Below, one piece after another: positions 47,582 through 57,739 of a DNA stretch of 57,967 nucleotides. The DNA is from Anaerolinea sp. (GTDB lineage: Bacteria; Chloroflexota; Anaerolineae; SpSt-313). Each line of letters begins with the position of its first letter. Position 1 is the first letter of the stretch. Made by a program: the position numbers and the translations under genes. Location: the NCBI GenBank assembly GCA_020725765.1, contig DYEI01000123.1, forward strand, positions 1-57,967, written 5' to 3'. The notes beneath the pieces were generated by a model. The model was not told where the DNA came from and did not search any database. It saw nothing but the letters and a program-made list of their open reading frames with translations.

Positions 47582-48506
47582 GGGCCAGCCCCCTCATCTC
47601 CGACACGCACCCAAAGCCCTGCTCCTGCATGAAGGCCCGCATCTCCGCAGCCATGGCTTCGAGCGCGCCCATCCCCCGCTGGTAGAAGGCCGAGCCCACG
47701 CCCACTGCGGTCGCACCGGCCATGATCATCTCCACCGCATCCTCACCCGTAGTTACGCCCCCCATACCAATGATGGGCACGGGCACCGCCCGGCTCAGCT
47801 CGTAGACGCACCGCACCGCTACCGGCCGGACGGCCGGCCCGGAGAGCCCGCCCATCCGGTTCGCCAGCACCGGCGTCCTCGCCCGGATGTCGATGAGCAT
47901 CCCCGGGCCGAGGGTGTTGATCGCGGCCAGCGCGTCCGCGCCCGCGTCCACCACTGCTCTGCCCACCGCACAGATATCAGCCACATTCGGCGAGAGCTTG
48001 ACGATCACTGGGCGGCGCGTTGCTGCCCGAACCGCAGCCGTCGCCCGCGCCGCCTGAACGGGATCGGCGGCAAAGGGCATCCCGAGCTCTTCCGCGACGT
48101 TCGGGCACGAGATATTCACCTCGTAAAGGTCGGGCTCTGCCTCCTCGAGGATTCGCACTACCTCCCCAAACCCGCCCGCCTCCTCCGCAAACACGCTGGC
48201 GATCAGCGGCACACCCAGGGGGGCGAGCCTGCGGCGGGCATCGGCAAGGATGCCCACCATTGCCGCCGCCCCGGGGTTCGCCAGCCCCACGGCATTGATG
48301 AGCCCGCCCTCCCAGGGCAGGACCGTCGGGTTGGGGTGCCCACGCCGTGGGCGCACGCTGCACGACTTGGCCGTGACCGCACCCGCCCCCCTCCGTGCGA
48401 CCCGCTCAAGGAGGGCCGCCGTTGTCCCCAGCACGCCGGCAGCAAGGACGAAAGGGGTGCGGAGGCGGATGCCGCACAGCTCGACCGAGAGGTCGGTATC
48501 CCTCAA
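47571..48506 (-). CDS. pyrD: Dihydroorotate dehydrogenase 1B catalytic subunit
   Basis: 311 aa with the motifs NPF..A.G, NISCPN, GGLSG and GGV.TGEDA. Confidence 0.9.
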   Translation of the reverse strand: MRDTDLSVELCGIRLRTPFVLAAGVLGTTAALLERVARRGAGAVTAKSCSVRPRRGHPNPTVLPWEGGLINAVGLANPGAAAMVGILADARRRLAPLGVPLIASVFAEEAGGFGEVVRILEEAEPDLYEVNISCPNVAEELGMPFAADPVQAARATAAVRAATRRPVIVKLSPNVADICAVGRAVVDAGADALAAINTLGPGMLIDIRARTPVLANRMGGLSGPAVRPVAVRCVYELSRAVPVPIIGMGGVTTGEDAVEMIMAGATAVGVGSAFYQRGMGALEAMAAEMRAFMQEQGFGCVSEMRGLAHGA

Positions 48507-49921
48507 GGCTTCCGGTCCTCCATGAACGCCGTCACCCGGTCGCGGTCAGCATCCGAGATGCGGCCCAGGCACGCGAGCACCTCCACGATCCGGCGCAGGG
48601 TCAGAAGCGCATGCACGCGATAGCCCTCCGCCTCCAGCGCCTCCCGTCCACCCTGACCACGATCGATGAGGACCACAATGTCGCGCACCACAAGCCCACT
48701 CTCCTCGAGTGGACGGATCGCCTCCAGCTTGCTCGCGCCAGTCGTGATCACATCGTCGAGCACCACGACCCTCTCTCCCGGGTTCCAGGTGCCCTCGATT
48801 CGCCGCGCGGTCCCATACTTCTTGGCTTCCAGGCGGGGGTACACCAGCGGCCTGTCCACGAGCAGCGCCACGGCAGTACCGATCGGCAGCGCAGCATAGG
48901 GGATGGCTGCCAGGCGGTCGTACCTCAGGCTCTCAAGCAGGCTGGCATACGCCCGCGCCACCTGCCACAGCACCTCGGGGCTCGACACCAGCACGCGCAG
49001 GTCCAGATAGATCGGCGAGCGCTGCCCCGAGTGCAGCACAAAGTCCCCCAGGCGGACACACCCCGCCTCATGAAGGGCCACGATCAGGGCGGCCTCCGGA
49101 GCCGTCTCGCGCTGCGGCTCGCCCAGGGCTGCAGCCCGCGCCGCCGCCATGGCGTCCCGCAGCGCACGCGCCGCGCCGCCGAAATCTTCAGCTGCGATCA
49201 CCGACCGCGAGGCGCTGATAAGGAGGCCGCCCCCGTCCGCCCGCAGGCCGGCCGCGACGGCGCGCTCGACCTCGCCACCCTGCGCCCCAACACCGGGAAC
49301 CAGGAAGGGCAGCCCGGCGGCCACCGACCTGACCTCCTGAACCGCCTCCGGATAGGTCGCACCGACCACCAGCCCGAGGTTGCCCGCGGTGTTCAGGCGG
49401 GTGACCATCTCGGCCAGGGCCAGGTACAGCGGCCTGCCCTCCGTTCGTCGCTCCTGGAGGTCGCGGGCTCCGGGGTTTGACGTGTGGCACAGCACATACA
49501 CGCCCTTCTCAGCGTAGCGAGCAAACGCACCTATGGCGTCACGGCCCAGGTACGGGTTCACCGTGACGGCATCCGCCTCCCACACCTCAAAGGCGGCTCG
49601 AGCGTACGCCTCTGCACTGTGGGCGACGTCCGCGCGTTTTGCGTCCAGGATAACCGGCGTCCCGTGGGCATGCGCACAGTCGATCGTTCGCCTCAGCGCC
49701 TCCAGCCCCGCCGCGCCCTCCGCCTCATAGAACGCCATATTGGGCTTGTAGGCACAGACGTATGCGGCCGTAGCCTCGATGACAGCACGGTTCCACGCCC
49801 ACAGCGGCTCCGGCTCGCGGGCAAAGGCCTCCGGCATGACCCGCCGATCAGGGTCCAACCCAACACAGAGGAGGCTCCCTCGCCTCCTCGACACTTCCTC
49901 GAGCTCTGCAAAGAACGCCAT
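48503..49921 (-). CDS. pyrF/pyrE: Bifunctional OMP decarboxylase / orotate phosphoribosyltransferase
   Basis: 472 aa. The N-terminal ~270 aa look like type-2 PyrF (LCVGLDP, DAKRADV, PGVGAQGG). The C-terminal ~190 aa look like PyrE (PRPP loop VVVLDDVITTGAS). Confidence 0.85.
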   Translation of the reverse strand: MAFFAELEEVSRRRGSLLCVGLDPDRRVMPEAFAREPEPLWAWNRAVIEATAAYVCAYKPNMAFYEAEGAAGLEALRRTIDCAHAHGTPVILDAKRADVAHSAEAYARAAFEVWEADAVTVNPYLGRDAIGAFARYAEKGVYVLCHTSNPGARDLQERRTEGRPLYLALAEMVTRLNTAGNLGLVVGATYPEAVQEVRSVAAGLPFLVPGVGAQGGEVERAVAAGLRADGGGLLISASRSVIAAEDFGGAARALRDAMAAARAAALGEPQRETAPEAALIVALHEAGCVRLGDFVLHSGQRSPIYLDLRVLVSSPEVLWQVARAYASLLESLRYDRLAAIPYAALPIGTAVALLVDRPLVYPRLEAKKYGTARRIEGTWNPGERVVVLDDVITTGASKLEAIRPLEESGLVVRDIVVLIDRGQGGREALEAEGYRVHALLTLRRIVEVLACLGRISDADRDRVTAFMEDRKP

Positions 49922-49927
49922 GGCCCC

Positions 49928-50905
49928 TCACGCCCGCCCTAGCACGGCCGCCAGCAGGGCCATGCGGATGTACATGCCGTTCGCCATCTGCCGGAAGTAG
50001 GCCGCGCGCGGGTCCCTATCCACCTCATAGCTGATCTCATTGACGCGGGGCAGCGGGTGCATGACGATCATGCGCTCCTTTGCCCGCTTGAGAAGCTCCG
50101 GCGTGATGACGTAGCAGTCCTTCACCTTCTCGTACAGGGACTCGTCCTCGAACCGCTCCCGCTGCACCCGGGTGACGTAGAGGACGTCCACATCCGCCAC
50201 GACCTCGGCGACGTCCTCGTGCTCACTGAACGGCAGTCCCTTCGCCTTTACCTCGTCGACCAGCTCTCGCGGCAGCCGCAGGACCTCCGGCGATACGAAC
50301 ACCAGCGCGACGTCGAAGAGCGACAAGAGCCTTGTGAGCGAGTGCACGGTGCGCCCGTACTTCAGGTCGCCCACCATCGCCACCTTCAGACCATCGATCC
50401 GCCCGATCTCCTCCTGGATTGTGAACAGATCTAGCAGGGCCTGAGTCGGATGCTCGCCCGTGCCGTCGCCGGCATTGATGACGGGTTTGGAGGCATAGTC
50501 CGCCGCAATCTGCGCTGATCCGACTTCGGGATGGCGAAGCACGATGATGTCGGCGTAGCACTCCAGCGTCCGCACCGTGTCGGGCAGGGACTCGCCTTTG
50601 GTCACGGAGGAGTAGCGGACCTCATTGATCGGAATAACGCTGCCGCCCAGCCGCTGCATGGCCGCCATGAAGGACGAGCTCGTGCGCGTCGAAGGCTCGT
50701 AGAAGAGGTTGGCAAGCACCCGGCCCCGAAGCAGATCAGCGGACCCGATCTGCTGGACCATGTGCCGCATCTCCTCGGCCACGCCAAAGATATAGTCCAG
50801 CTTGACCCGGTCGAACTGGCGAACCGAGATGATGTCCTGCTGGTAGAACCCGTTGTTAGTGTTCGCCATCAGTTGAGCGAAAATCGGTGCCCTGACCATG
50901 GCCAT
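49928..50905 (-). CDS. pyrB: Aspartate carbamoyltransferase catalytic subunit
   Basis: The start at 50905 follows AAGGAGGGAG. Motifs: EPSTRTS, HPTQ and HPLP. Confidence 0.92.
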   Translation of the reverse strand: MAMVRAPIFAQLMANTNNGFYQQDIISVRQFDRVKLDYIFGVAEEMRHMVQQIGSADLLRGRVLANLFYEPSTRTSSSFMAAMQRLGGSVIPINEVRYSSVTKGESLPDTVRTLECYADIIVLRHPEVGSAQIAADYASKPVINAGDGTGEHPTQALLDLFTIQEEIGRIDGLKVAMVGDLKYGRTVHSLTRLLSLFDVALVFVSPEVLRLPRELVDEVKAKGLPFSEHEDVAEVVADVDVLYVTRVQRERFEDESLYEKVKDCYVITPELLKRAKERMIVMHPLPRVNEISYEVDRDPRAAYFRQMANGMYIRMALLAAVLGRA

Positions 50906-50954
50906 GCTCTCCCTCCTTGCCAGCCTGTCCAGTTTTCTGGCGTCCCGGGCGGTG

Positions 50955-52010
50955 CTATGCGGATCGAAGCTGGCACCCGGATCCGGGCCTGCCCAGGACG
51001 TGACCATCCTCAAACACCGTGCGGCCGCGCAGCACAACCCGCCGCACCCGCGCGTTCACCCGCCGACCCTCGAAGGGCGTCCACCCGCATCGGGTGTGCA
51101 GGTTGGCCGCCCGTATCTCCAGGTGCCCGCCCACCTCGATCTCGACCGTCGCCTCCGGGGCGCGCACCCCATACACCCGTTGCGGCCCCTCGTGCAGGAG
51201 CCCGACGAGCCGGTCCGCGCTCAGGCGGCCCTCGTGGACCGAAGTGACCAAGAGTGGGAGCATCGTCTCCACACCCGGCACGCCGGGAGGCGGCTCGGCG
51301 CTCTGCTTCTCGGTGAGGGTGTGTGGGGCATGGTCCGAGGCCACCAGATCCACCACACCCAGGTTACGCCACAGCGCATCGACGTCCTCGGCCCCGGCCA
51401 GCGGTGGCTTCATCTGCGCGAGCGCACCCAAAGCCCGAGCGTCCTCGCGCGTCAGGTACAGGTGATGCGGCGCCACCTCGCAAGTCACCGCTACCCCGCG
51501 CTCCTTGGCTGCCCGCACCAGCGCGATCTCATCCGCGCGCGCCACGTGGCACAGGTGCACCCGCTTGCCCATCAGCTGCGCCAGCAGGATGGGGATCGCC
51601 ATGCTCATGCCCTCAGCATGCACCGCAATGGGCCTCGCGGCCGGCCACCCTTTGAAGATCGCGAGGAGTGCCCCCAACGACTCGAGTCGGAGCGGCCCGA
51701 AGGTCGGGGTCAGGTACAGCTTGAGGCCGACAGCCTCCGCAGCATCCTCGGGGCGGGGAAGCGCCTGCTCGCCGGCCCCCAGGAAAAGCCCATAGTCACA
51801 GCACGCCCGCTCCCCGAATAGCCTGCGCTTCCGTTCGAGCTGTTGGCCGTCGGTCACCGGCGGCACGTTATTCGGCATGTCGAGGACGCCCGTGATCCCT
51901 CCGGCGAGCGCGGCCGCGGTGCCGCTCGCAATGTCCTCCTTGTGCTCACCCCCAGGCTCCCGCAGATGCACGTGGGCATCGATCAGGCCCGGCAGCGCCA
52001 GCAGCGTCAC
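50955..52010 (-). CDS. pyrC: Dihydroorotase (short form)
   Basis: 351 aa with [14 protein letters not shown] and later His/Asp ligand regions. GTG start after GGGGAGG. The usual ~50-aa N-terminal beta-sandwich segment is absent. Confidence 0.8.
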   Translation of the reverse strand: MTLLALPGLIDAHVHLREPGGEHKEDIASGTAAALAGGITGVLDMPNNVPPVTDGQQLERKRRLFGERACCDYGLFLGAGEQALPRPEDAAEAVGLKLYLTPTFGPLRLESLGALLAIFKGWPAARPIAVHAEGMSMAIPILLAQLMGKRVHLCHVARADEIALVRAAKERGVAVTCEVAPHHLYLTREDARALGALAQMKPPLAGAEDVDALWRNLGVVDLVASDHAPHTLTEKQSAEPPPGVPGVETMLPLLVTSVHEGRLSADRLVGLLHEGPQRVYGVRAPEATVEIEVGGHLEIRAANLHTRCGWTPFEGRRVNARVRRVVLRGRTVFEDGHVLGRPGSGCQLRSA

Positions 52011-52033
52011 CCCGATCTACCTCCCCTCGAGGC

Positions 52034-52070
52034 ACAAAAAAAGGACCCAGAACCGGCTGGCTCTGGGCCC
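52034..52070 (-). terminator. Leader terminator (attenuator) upstream of pyrC
   Basis: On the minus strand: GGCCCAGAGCCAGCCGGTTCTGGGTCC followed by TTTTTTT, about 25 nt before the pyrC start. Confidence 0.7.
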
Positions 52071-52189
52071 CTATTGGGCCGTTGCGGGCTGGGAATCGCC
52101 CATAGGCAGAGCGAAGGCTCTGCCCTCCCGCTCATATGCGCGAGCATCGCTCGACCCGGTGTACGCGGACTGGAGTTCATCGAGGGATC

Positions 52190-52218
52190 ATTATACCACA
52201 GCCGCCCACGCCCCGCAA
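52190..52218 (-). promoter_or_regulatory. Candidate pyr operon promoter
   Basis: On the minus strand: TTGCGG, 17-bp spacer, TATAAT. This gives a leader of about 170 nt containing the terminator. Confidence 0.5.
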
Positions 52219-52397
52219 GCACCGTTCGGACCTTTTTCGGCAGGGCTCTCACACAGCCATCGGCGTGCCCATCCCCGGCCAGCGCCGCGTGAGCACCGGA
52301 CACCGCAGCCGTACCGGTACCGGCAGACGGGCCCTTCCGCAGGTTGCGCGGCAGCGCTCAGGCGCTCGCTGCACCGGGGATGCTGTGGTTCGCGCGG

Positions 52398-53396
52398 TCA
52401 GCCTATCTCCGCCGGGCCCCGGAGGGCCGCCACCAGCAGACGCACGGCGCCGAGCACATCCTCATAGTCCACCATCTCTGAAGGTGTATGCACGTACCGC
52501 GTCGGGATCGAGAGCACGCCCGCCGGAACCCCTGCGCGGGTCGTCTGCATCACGGCAGCGTCGGTGGTGCCGGCCTCGAGGACCTCGAGCTGATAGGGAA
52601 TGCCCTCGCGCTCGGCCGTCTCCACGAGCCAGCGCCGCACGCCTGGGTGCGACAGCATGCCACGGTCCTTCACCTTCACCGCCGGACCCGATCCGAGGCT
52701 GACCGCCATCGTGCGCGCCTCGGGGGTATCGCCCGTTGTTGTGACGTCGACCGCGATGGCCAGCTCAGCATCGATGCCGTAGGCCGAGGTCTGCGCGCCG
52801 CGCAGGCCGACTTCCTCCTGCACGGTGAACACAAAGTGCACCTCGTGGGGCGTCTCGCCCAGCTCCTTGAGCACCTGTACCAGCACGGCGCAACCGATTC
52901 GGTCGTCCATGGCCTTCGCCACGAGGCGGCCGCCGAGGTCCACAAACGGTCGATCAAAGCAGGCGACGTCGCCAACCTTGACCGGTGCGCTGTCCCTATC
53001 CTTTGCTCCCACATCGATAAAGAGCTGGTCCAATCGGGGCAGGTCGCCCTCGACGCGCTTTTGCTCGCTGCCGATCACCCCGATCCGGCCATCGGCGAAA
53101 CGGACGCGGCTGCCGATGAGCGCCAGGCGAAACACGCCGCCGACCCCGCCAAAACGCACAAACCCCTTCGCATCGATGTGGCTCACCACGATCCCGATCT
53201 CGTCCATGTGGGCCGCCAGCATCACCCGTCGGCCACCGGCCCCCTTGCTGCCAACGGTCGCGATGAGGTTGCCGAGCGCATCGGTACGGACCTCGCGAGC
53301 CACCTTGCCAACCTCGGCGGCGATCAGGTCGCGCACCCGGTCTTCCGACCCGGACGGACCGAATGCCTCCACCAGGCTCTTGATTAGCTCCTTCAC
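52398..53396 (-). CDS. M42 family metallopeptidase (TET/FrvX-like aminopeptidase), paralog 3 of 3
   Basis: GPSG.E..VR, D.LGNLIA, AHMDEIG, DDR.G and QEEVGLRGA motifs. GTGA overlap with the upstream paralog. Confidence 0.85.
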   Translation of the reverse strand: MKELIKSLVEAFGPSGSEDRVRDLIAAEVGKVAREVRTDALGNLIATVGSKGAGGRRVMLAAHMDEIGIVVSHIDAKGFVRFGGVGGVFRLALIGSRVRFADGRIGVIGSEQKRVEGDLPRLDQLFIDVGAKDRDSAPVKVGDVACFDRPFVDLGGRLVAKAMDDRIGCAVLVQVLKELGETPHEVHFVFTVQEEVGLRGAQTSAYGIDAELAIAVDVTTTGDTPEARTMAVSLGSGPAVKVKDRGMLSHPGVRRWLVETAEREGIPYQLEVLEAGTTDAAVMQTTRAGVPAGVLSIPTRYVHTPSEMVDYEDVLGAVRLLVAALRGPAEIG

Positions 53397-54433
53397 AGCT
53401 CCAGGCCTCCTTGCAGACGCTGCAACGTGCCACGCATCAGCCGAACGGTGTTCTCGAAATCGTTGAGGCTCATCACCGATACGGGCGAGTGGATGTAGCG
53501 CGCCGGCACTGCCACTACCGCGCAAGGGATCCCGTCCCGCTGGACGTGAATCGCTCCGGCATCAGTACCGCCGATGCCGGGCTGCTTCACCTGGAAGGGG
53601 ATGCCCTGTGCTTCGGCCTCGGAGATGAGCAACTGCACCAGACGTCGATCACAGATCACCGAGCGATCCATGACCGTGAGGGCCGGCCCCGCTCCGAGCC
53701 GCGTCGTGGGGCTCGTGTCCTTCTCCTTTGGGCTATCGTCGCACACCGTGCCCTCGAGCACAAAGGCCACGTCCGGCTCGACGGCGTAGGCCGCGACGCG
53801 GGCTCCTCGCAGGCCTACCTCCTCCTGTACAGTGAAGGCGGCATAGAGGTCAAAGGGGTAGCTTTCCGCGAGGAGTTCGGCCAACACGGCACAGCCCGCC
53901 CTGTCGTCAAAGGCCTTGCCCTTGACGGTCCGCAGGCCGCCCTCATCCAGTAGCTCGAAAGCAGTGGCAAAGGACGCATACATCCCCGGCCTGACCCTGC
54001 GCTGCGCCTCCTCCCCCGACATGCCGGCGTCGATCGCGAGTTGCTCGAACTTGAGCACCCGGTCCCGCTCGCCGGGCTCGAGGAGATGCACCGGCTTGAC
54101 CCCAATCACCCCGGGGATGCGCTCCTCGCCGATGCGCACGACCTTGGCCACGACCACCCGCGGATCCACGCCCCCAACAGGGGCGAAGCGGATGAAGCCG
54201 TCGCGCTCGACCTTGGTCACCATCAGGCCGACTTCATCCATATGGGCGGCGACCATCACCTTCGCCACACCTGCCCCGGAGCGGCTGCGCCGGTACTTCA
54301 CAGCGATGAGGTTGCCCAGAGCATCGATGCGGTACTCGTCGGCCCGGTCCTCGATCGCCTTGATGAGAATGTCGCGGACAGCTTTCTCGCACCCCGAAAC
54401 GCCATCCGCTTCGACAAGCTCTCTCAGCAACAC
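53393..54433 (-). CDS. M42 family metallopeptidase, paralog 2 of 3
   Basis: Same motif set (GVSGCE, DALGNLIA, AHMDEVG, FDDRAGC, VQEEVGLRGA). Confidence 0.85.
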   Translation of the reverse strand: MLLRELVEADGVSGCEKAVRDILIKAIEDRADEYRIDALGNLIAVKYRRSRSGAGVAKVMVAAHMDEVGLMVTKVERDGFIRFAPVGGVDPRVVVAKVVRIGEERIPGVIGVKPVHLLEPGERDRVLKFEQLAIDAGMSGEEAQRRVRPGMYASFATAFELLDEGGLRTVKGKAFDDRAGCAVLAELLAESYPFDLYAAFTVQEEVGLRGARVAAYAVEPDVAFVLEGTVCDDSPKEKDTSPTTRLGAGPALTVMDRSVICDRRLVQLLISEAEAQGIPFQVKQPGIGGTDAGAIHVQRDGIPCAVVAVPARYIHSPVSVMSLNDFENTVRLMRGTLQRLQGGLEL

Positions 54434-55521
54434 GTCGGCCCTCCCTGCCCGTTCAGGCGCCGCACCTGCACCCCGAGTTCACTGGCAAAGGTCTCGTCCA
54501 GCCCACAGATGAACTCGGCCATGAGATGACCCGTCCGCTCAATATCGCGCACGTCGACGGTCTCGACCGGCGTGTGCATGTACCGCAGCGGGATCGACAA
54601 CAGTGCCGTCGGAATGCCCTCCCGGGTCACCTGGATCGCCCAGGCATCCGTTCCGCTGCGTCCGGGGATCGGGTCGATCTGATACGGGATCTCCAGCGCC
54701 TTCGCCGTCTCTACCAGCCGCTCGTGCACCTTCGGATGAAAGTTCGGCCCCAGCCCAATGGGCGGGCCGCCTCCCATCTCCACAGTCTCATACTCGGGCA
54801 CGCCATACTGGCTGCCAAAGGTCACGTCTATGGCGATCCCGAGATGCGGGGCCACTCCAAAGGCGCTGGTGATCGCGCCGCGCAGCCCGACCTCCTCCTG
54901 GACGGTGGCCACAGCGCACACATCCCACTGGTGACGCCTCTTCTTCAAGAGGTCCAGGCAGAAGCCAATGGCGGCGACCGCCGCCCGGTCATCAAGGGCC
55001 TTGGCCGCGAGCCGCCCGCCCGCCAGCTCGATCTGCTCCCGGCGCACGGTCACGAAGTCGCCCACGCGCACCAGCTCGCGCAGTGGCTCCTCCTCGTAGC
55101 CGACGTCTATGAAGAGCTCTTGCAGCGGCACGACGCGCTCGTTCTCAGCGGGCGTCAGGACGTGAGGAGGCCGGCACCCGATCACCCCCCGCAGCGGGCG
55201 CCGGCCGTGCACCAGGACCTCCTGCCCGAGCAGCGTTCGCACATCGAACCCGCCGACGGTTGTGAAGCGAAGGAACCCATCCTCCACCTTCGTCACCATC
55301 AGGCCGATCTCGTCCATGTGGCCGGCAAGCATGACCCGAGGGTGCTCCCCCGAGGGCAGGCCTTCGCCCCGCTTGAGCGCAATGACGTTCCCCATCACAT
55401 CGCTCCGGACCTCGTCCGCCAGGGTGCGGAAGGTCTCGGCCACGATAGTGCCCACCTCGCCCTCGGCACCAGAGACTCCGCTGGCCTCGGTGATCCTCTT
55501 AAGGAACTCGGCAACCTTCAC
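54424..55521 (-). CDS. M42 family metallopeptidase, paralog 1 of 3
   Basis: Same motif set (GVSGAE, DVMGNVIA, GHMDEIG, LDDRAAV, VQEEVGLRGA). GTG start after AAAGGAGAG. Confidence 0.85.
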   Translation of the reverse strand: MKVAEFLKRITEASGVSGAEGEVGTIVAETFRTLADEVRSDVMGNVIALKRGEGLPSGEHPRVMLAGHMDEIGLMVTKVEDGFLRFTTVGGFDVRTLLGQEVLVHGRRPLRGVIGCRPPHVLTPAENERVVPLQELFIDVGYEEEPLRELVRVGDFVTVRREQIELAGGRLAAKALDDRAAVAAIGFCLDLLKKRRHQWDVCAVATVQEEVGLRGAITSAFGVAPHLGIAIDVTFGSQYGVPEYETVEMGGGPPIGLGPNFHPKVHERLVETAKALEIPYQIDPIPGRSGTDAWAIQVTREGIPTALLSIPLRYMHTPVETVDVRDIERTGHLMAEFICGLDETFASELGVQVRRLNGQGGPTCC

Positions 55522-55555
55522 CCTTCTGCTCTCCTTTGGGCCGGGCCGGGCGCAC

Positions 55556-56374
55556 TCAGCCGCGCACCAGCGTACCCGGTTGGCAGCCCCGGCAAAAGCT
55601 GGTTATCCGCTGCCGCGCCCGCAGCTCCGAAATGGTGCGACCACAGCGCGAGCACCTGGCTCCCCCACGCCCGTGAACTCGCAGATGGTCCCGCACCTCC
55701 AGATCGATGCGCTCTCCGACGCGCTCGCGGAGCACTGCGACCGCCTCGCTCAGGATGGTGCGCATCGCCTCGTACAGCCGCTCGACCTCCGCTGCGGTGA
55801 GTTGCGTCCTCCTCCGGAACGGGCTGATCCTCGCTTCGTACAAGATCTCATCGGCATAGGCGTTCCCGATTCCCGCCACGAACTCCTGGCGCGTCAACAC
55901 CCCCTTGATCTCGCCACGAAACCGCGCGAGGCGAGCGGCAAACGTCTCCACCGTAAGCGAGGGATCGAGAGCATCGGGTCCCTGCTCCGCGAAGCCGGGC
56001 ACTTCGTCGAGTCGATGTGTTATGTAGACCTGGCCCATGTCCTTCGCATCCAGGTAGTGCAACTCCCTCCCCGAGCGGAGCTCTATGACCAGGGCCGGCC
56101 GACCGCGCGTACGCTCACCCGCCCGATACCACGCCAGACGGCCCGCCAGCTTGGGGTTCACCGTCAGACACATGCCAGGGCCCAGGTCGATCCAGAGGTA
56201 CTTCCCCCAGCGGCCGACCCCTGAGACGGACCTTCCCACGAGCGCTGACGCCCCCTCGCTCACCAGATCGCGCACGACTATCGGGCGCGCGACTCGAGCT
56301 CCCGCCACGACCTCACCCGGCAGGACCCGTCCGAGGAACTCACGCACCACCTCGAGGTCCGGAAGCTCTGGCAT
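55556..56374 (-). CDS. mutM: Formamidopyrimidine-DNA glycosylase family (Fpg/Nei)
   Basis: The start MPELPDLEVV gives the catalytic Pro2/Glu3. H2TH region GIGNAYADEILY, and the C-terminal zinc finger CSRCG...CRGCQ. Confidence 0.88.
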   Translation of the reverse strand: MPELPDLEVVREFLGRVLPGEVVAGARVARPIVVRDLVSEGASALVGRSVSGVGRWGKYLWIDLGPGMCLTVNPKLAGRLAWYRAGERTRGRPALVIELRSGRELHYLDAKDMGQVYITHRLDEVPGFAEQGPDALDPSLTVETFAARLARFRGEIKGVLTRQEFVAGIGNAYADEILYEARISPFRRRTQLTAAEVERLYEAMRTILSEAVAVLRERVGERIDLEVRDHLRVHGRGGARCSRCGRTISELRARQRITSFCRGCQPGTLVRG

Positions 56375-56399
56375 GGAGCGCCTCGCCGGCATGGCCCGG

Positions 56400-57053
56400 C
56401 TAGGGGCCAGCCTCGTCCTCTGCGCCCAAGAGCGCGACGACAGGCGCAAAGGTGCGCCGGTGAATGGGGCACGGTCCCAGGCTGGCCAGCGCCTGCCGAT
56501 GCAGCGATGTGGCGTACCCCTTGTGCACGGCAAAGCCATAGCCCGGCCAGGCCCGGTCGAACAGATCCATCCACTCGTCGCGTTTGACCTTGGCCAGGAT
56601 GGAAGCTGCCGCAATCGTGAGGGACAGCCTGTCTCCCTTGACGATGGCCTGTTGGGGATAGGGGGATTCGGGCAGGGAGAGCGCGTCAATGAGCAGGAAA
56701 TCCGGCTCGGGGACGAGTGCCCGCACGGCGCGGGCCATGGCCCGCCGTGTCGCGACCACTATGCCCGCCTGGTCGATCTCCCACGAAGGCGCGACACCCA
56801 CGCCCATCGAAATCGAGACCCCTTCGATCTCGCGCAACAGGCGGTCGCGCTGCCGGGGAGTGAGCAGCTTGGAGTCCGTCACTTCACGGAGGCGCTCCAG
56901 CTGGCTGGCCGAGTCCAGCCGAAGGATGACCGCCGCCGCGACGACGGGCCCCGCCAGGCACCCTCGCCCGGCCTCGTCAACGCCCGCAACGAGCCCGTAC
57001 CCTCGGGCCCTCGCACGCCGCTCGGCCGCCAGAGACGGTCTTACCGGCACCAT
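56400..57053 (-). CDS. rnhB: Ribonuclease HII
   Basis: Motif GVDEAGRGCLAGPVVAAAV, plus the DSK and HKGY regions. Confidence 0.9.
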   Translation of the reverse strand: MVPVRPSLAAERRARARGYGLVAGVDEAGRGCLAGPVVAAAVILRLDSASQLERLREVTDSKLLTPRQRDRLLREIEGVSISMGVGVAPSWEIDQAGIVVATRRAMARAVRALVPEPDFLLIDALSLPESPYPQQAIVKGDRLSLTIAAASILAKVKRDEWMDLFDRAWPGYGFAVHKGYATSLHRQALASLGPCPIHRRTFAPVVALLGAEDEAGP

Positions 57054-57197
57054 CCGCTAGCGCTCCGCCAGGTTAGCCGGCAACCCGCCACGGCCACCAC
57101 GGCGCACGACACCGCACCTCTGCACATGCCGCCCCACTGGAAGGCTCCGGGGCTGGAAGGCGCCAGCGGAGACCTCCATCAGAGCCTGCGACGGGAG

Positions 57198-57596
57198 CTA
57201 CTCGGCCGCCGGCTCGGGAGAGGCCTGAGCAGGGCTGGTCGGCGCTGGCTGGCGCCGCTCTCGGAGACGGGCCGCCTTCCCTCGTCGCCCCCGCAGGTAG
57301 TACAGCTTGGCTCGCCGCACCTGCCCATGCCGCAGGACTTCGACCTTCTCAAGCCTCGGAGAATGGAAGGCAAAGGTCCGCTCGACTCCCACACCATGCG
57401 CAGCGATGCGGCGCACCGTAAAGGTCGCATCAGCACCACCACCGCGCAGGCCAATCACGACACCCTGGAACGTCTGGACGCGCTCGCGCTCACCCTCGAC
57501 AATGCGGTTATGCACCCGCACGGTATCCCCGGGGCGCAGGGGTGGGATATTTGGATTGGGTTCTGGGCGCGAAAGCACCCTCATGATGTCGGCCAC
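57198..57596 (-). CDS. rplS: 50S ribosomal protein L19
   Basis: PGDTVRV...[13 protein letters not shown]......G...TFTVRR...GVGVER.F..HSP...KVEV core. I prefer the GTG start at 57596 (RBS GGGAAAGG, promoter just upstream). The ORF can extend to TTG 57617. Confidence 0.88.
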   Translation of the reverse strand: MADIMRVLSRPEPNPNIPPLRPGDTVRVHNRIVEGERERVQTFQGVVIGLRGGGADATFTVRRIAAHGVGVERTFAFHSPRLEKVEVLRHGQVRRAKLYYLRGRRGKAARLRERRQPAPTSPAQASPEPAAE

Positions 57597-57632
57597 ATTG
57601 ACACCGCCTTTCCCCAAGAGTCACAAAGCGCA

Positions 57633-57661
57633 AGTATAACACCGCCCCGCGTTGTTGGCAA
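57633..57661 (-). promoter_or_regulatory. Candidate rplS promoter
   Basis: On the minus strand: TTGCCA, 17-bp spacer, TATACT. Confidence 0.55.
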
Positions 57662-57739
57662 ATGGCATGGGCGGCATGGGTGCAGTTCACCCTGGGGGCA
57701 AGCTCTTCTGCGCTGCTGGCAAGGCCCCTACCCCCGGCG

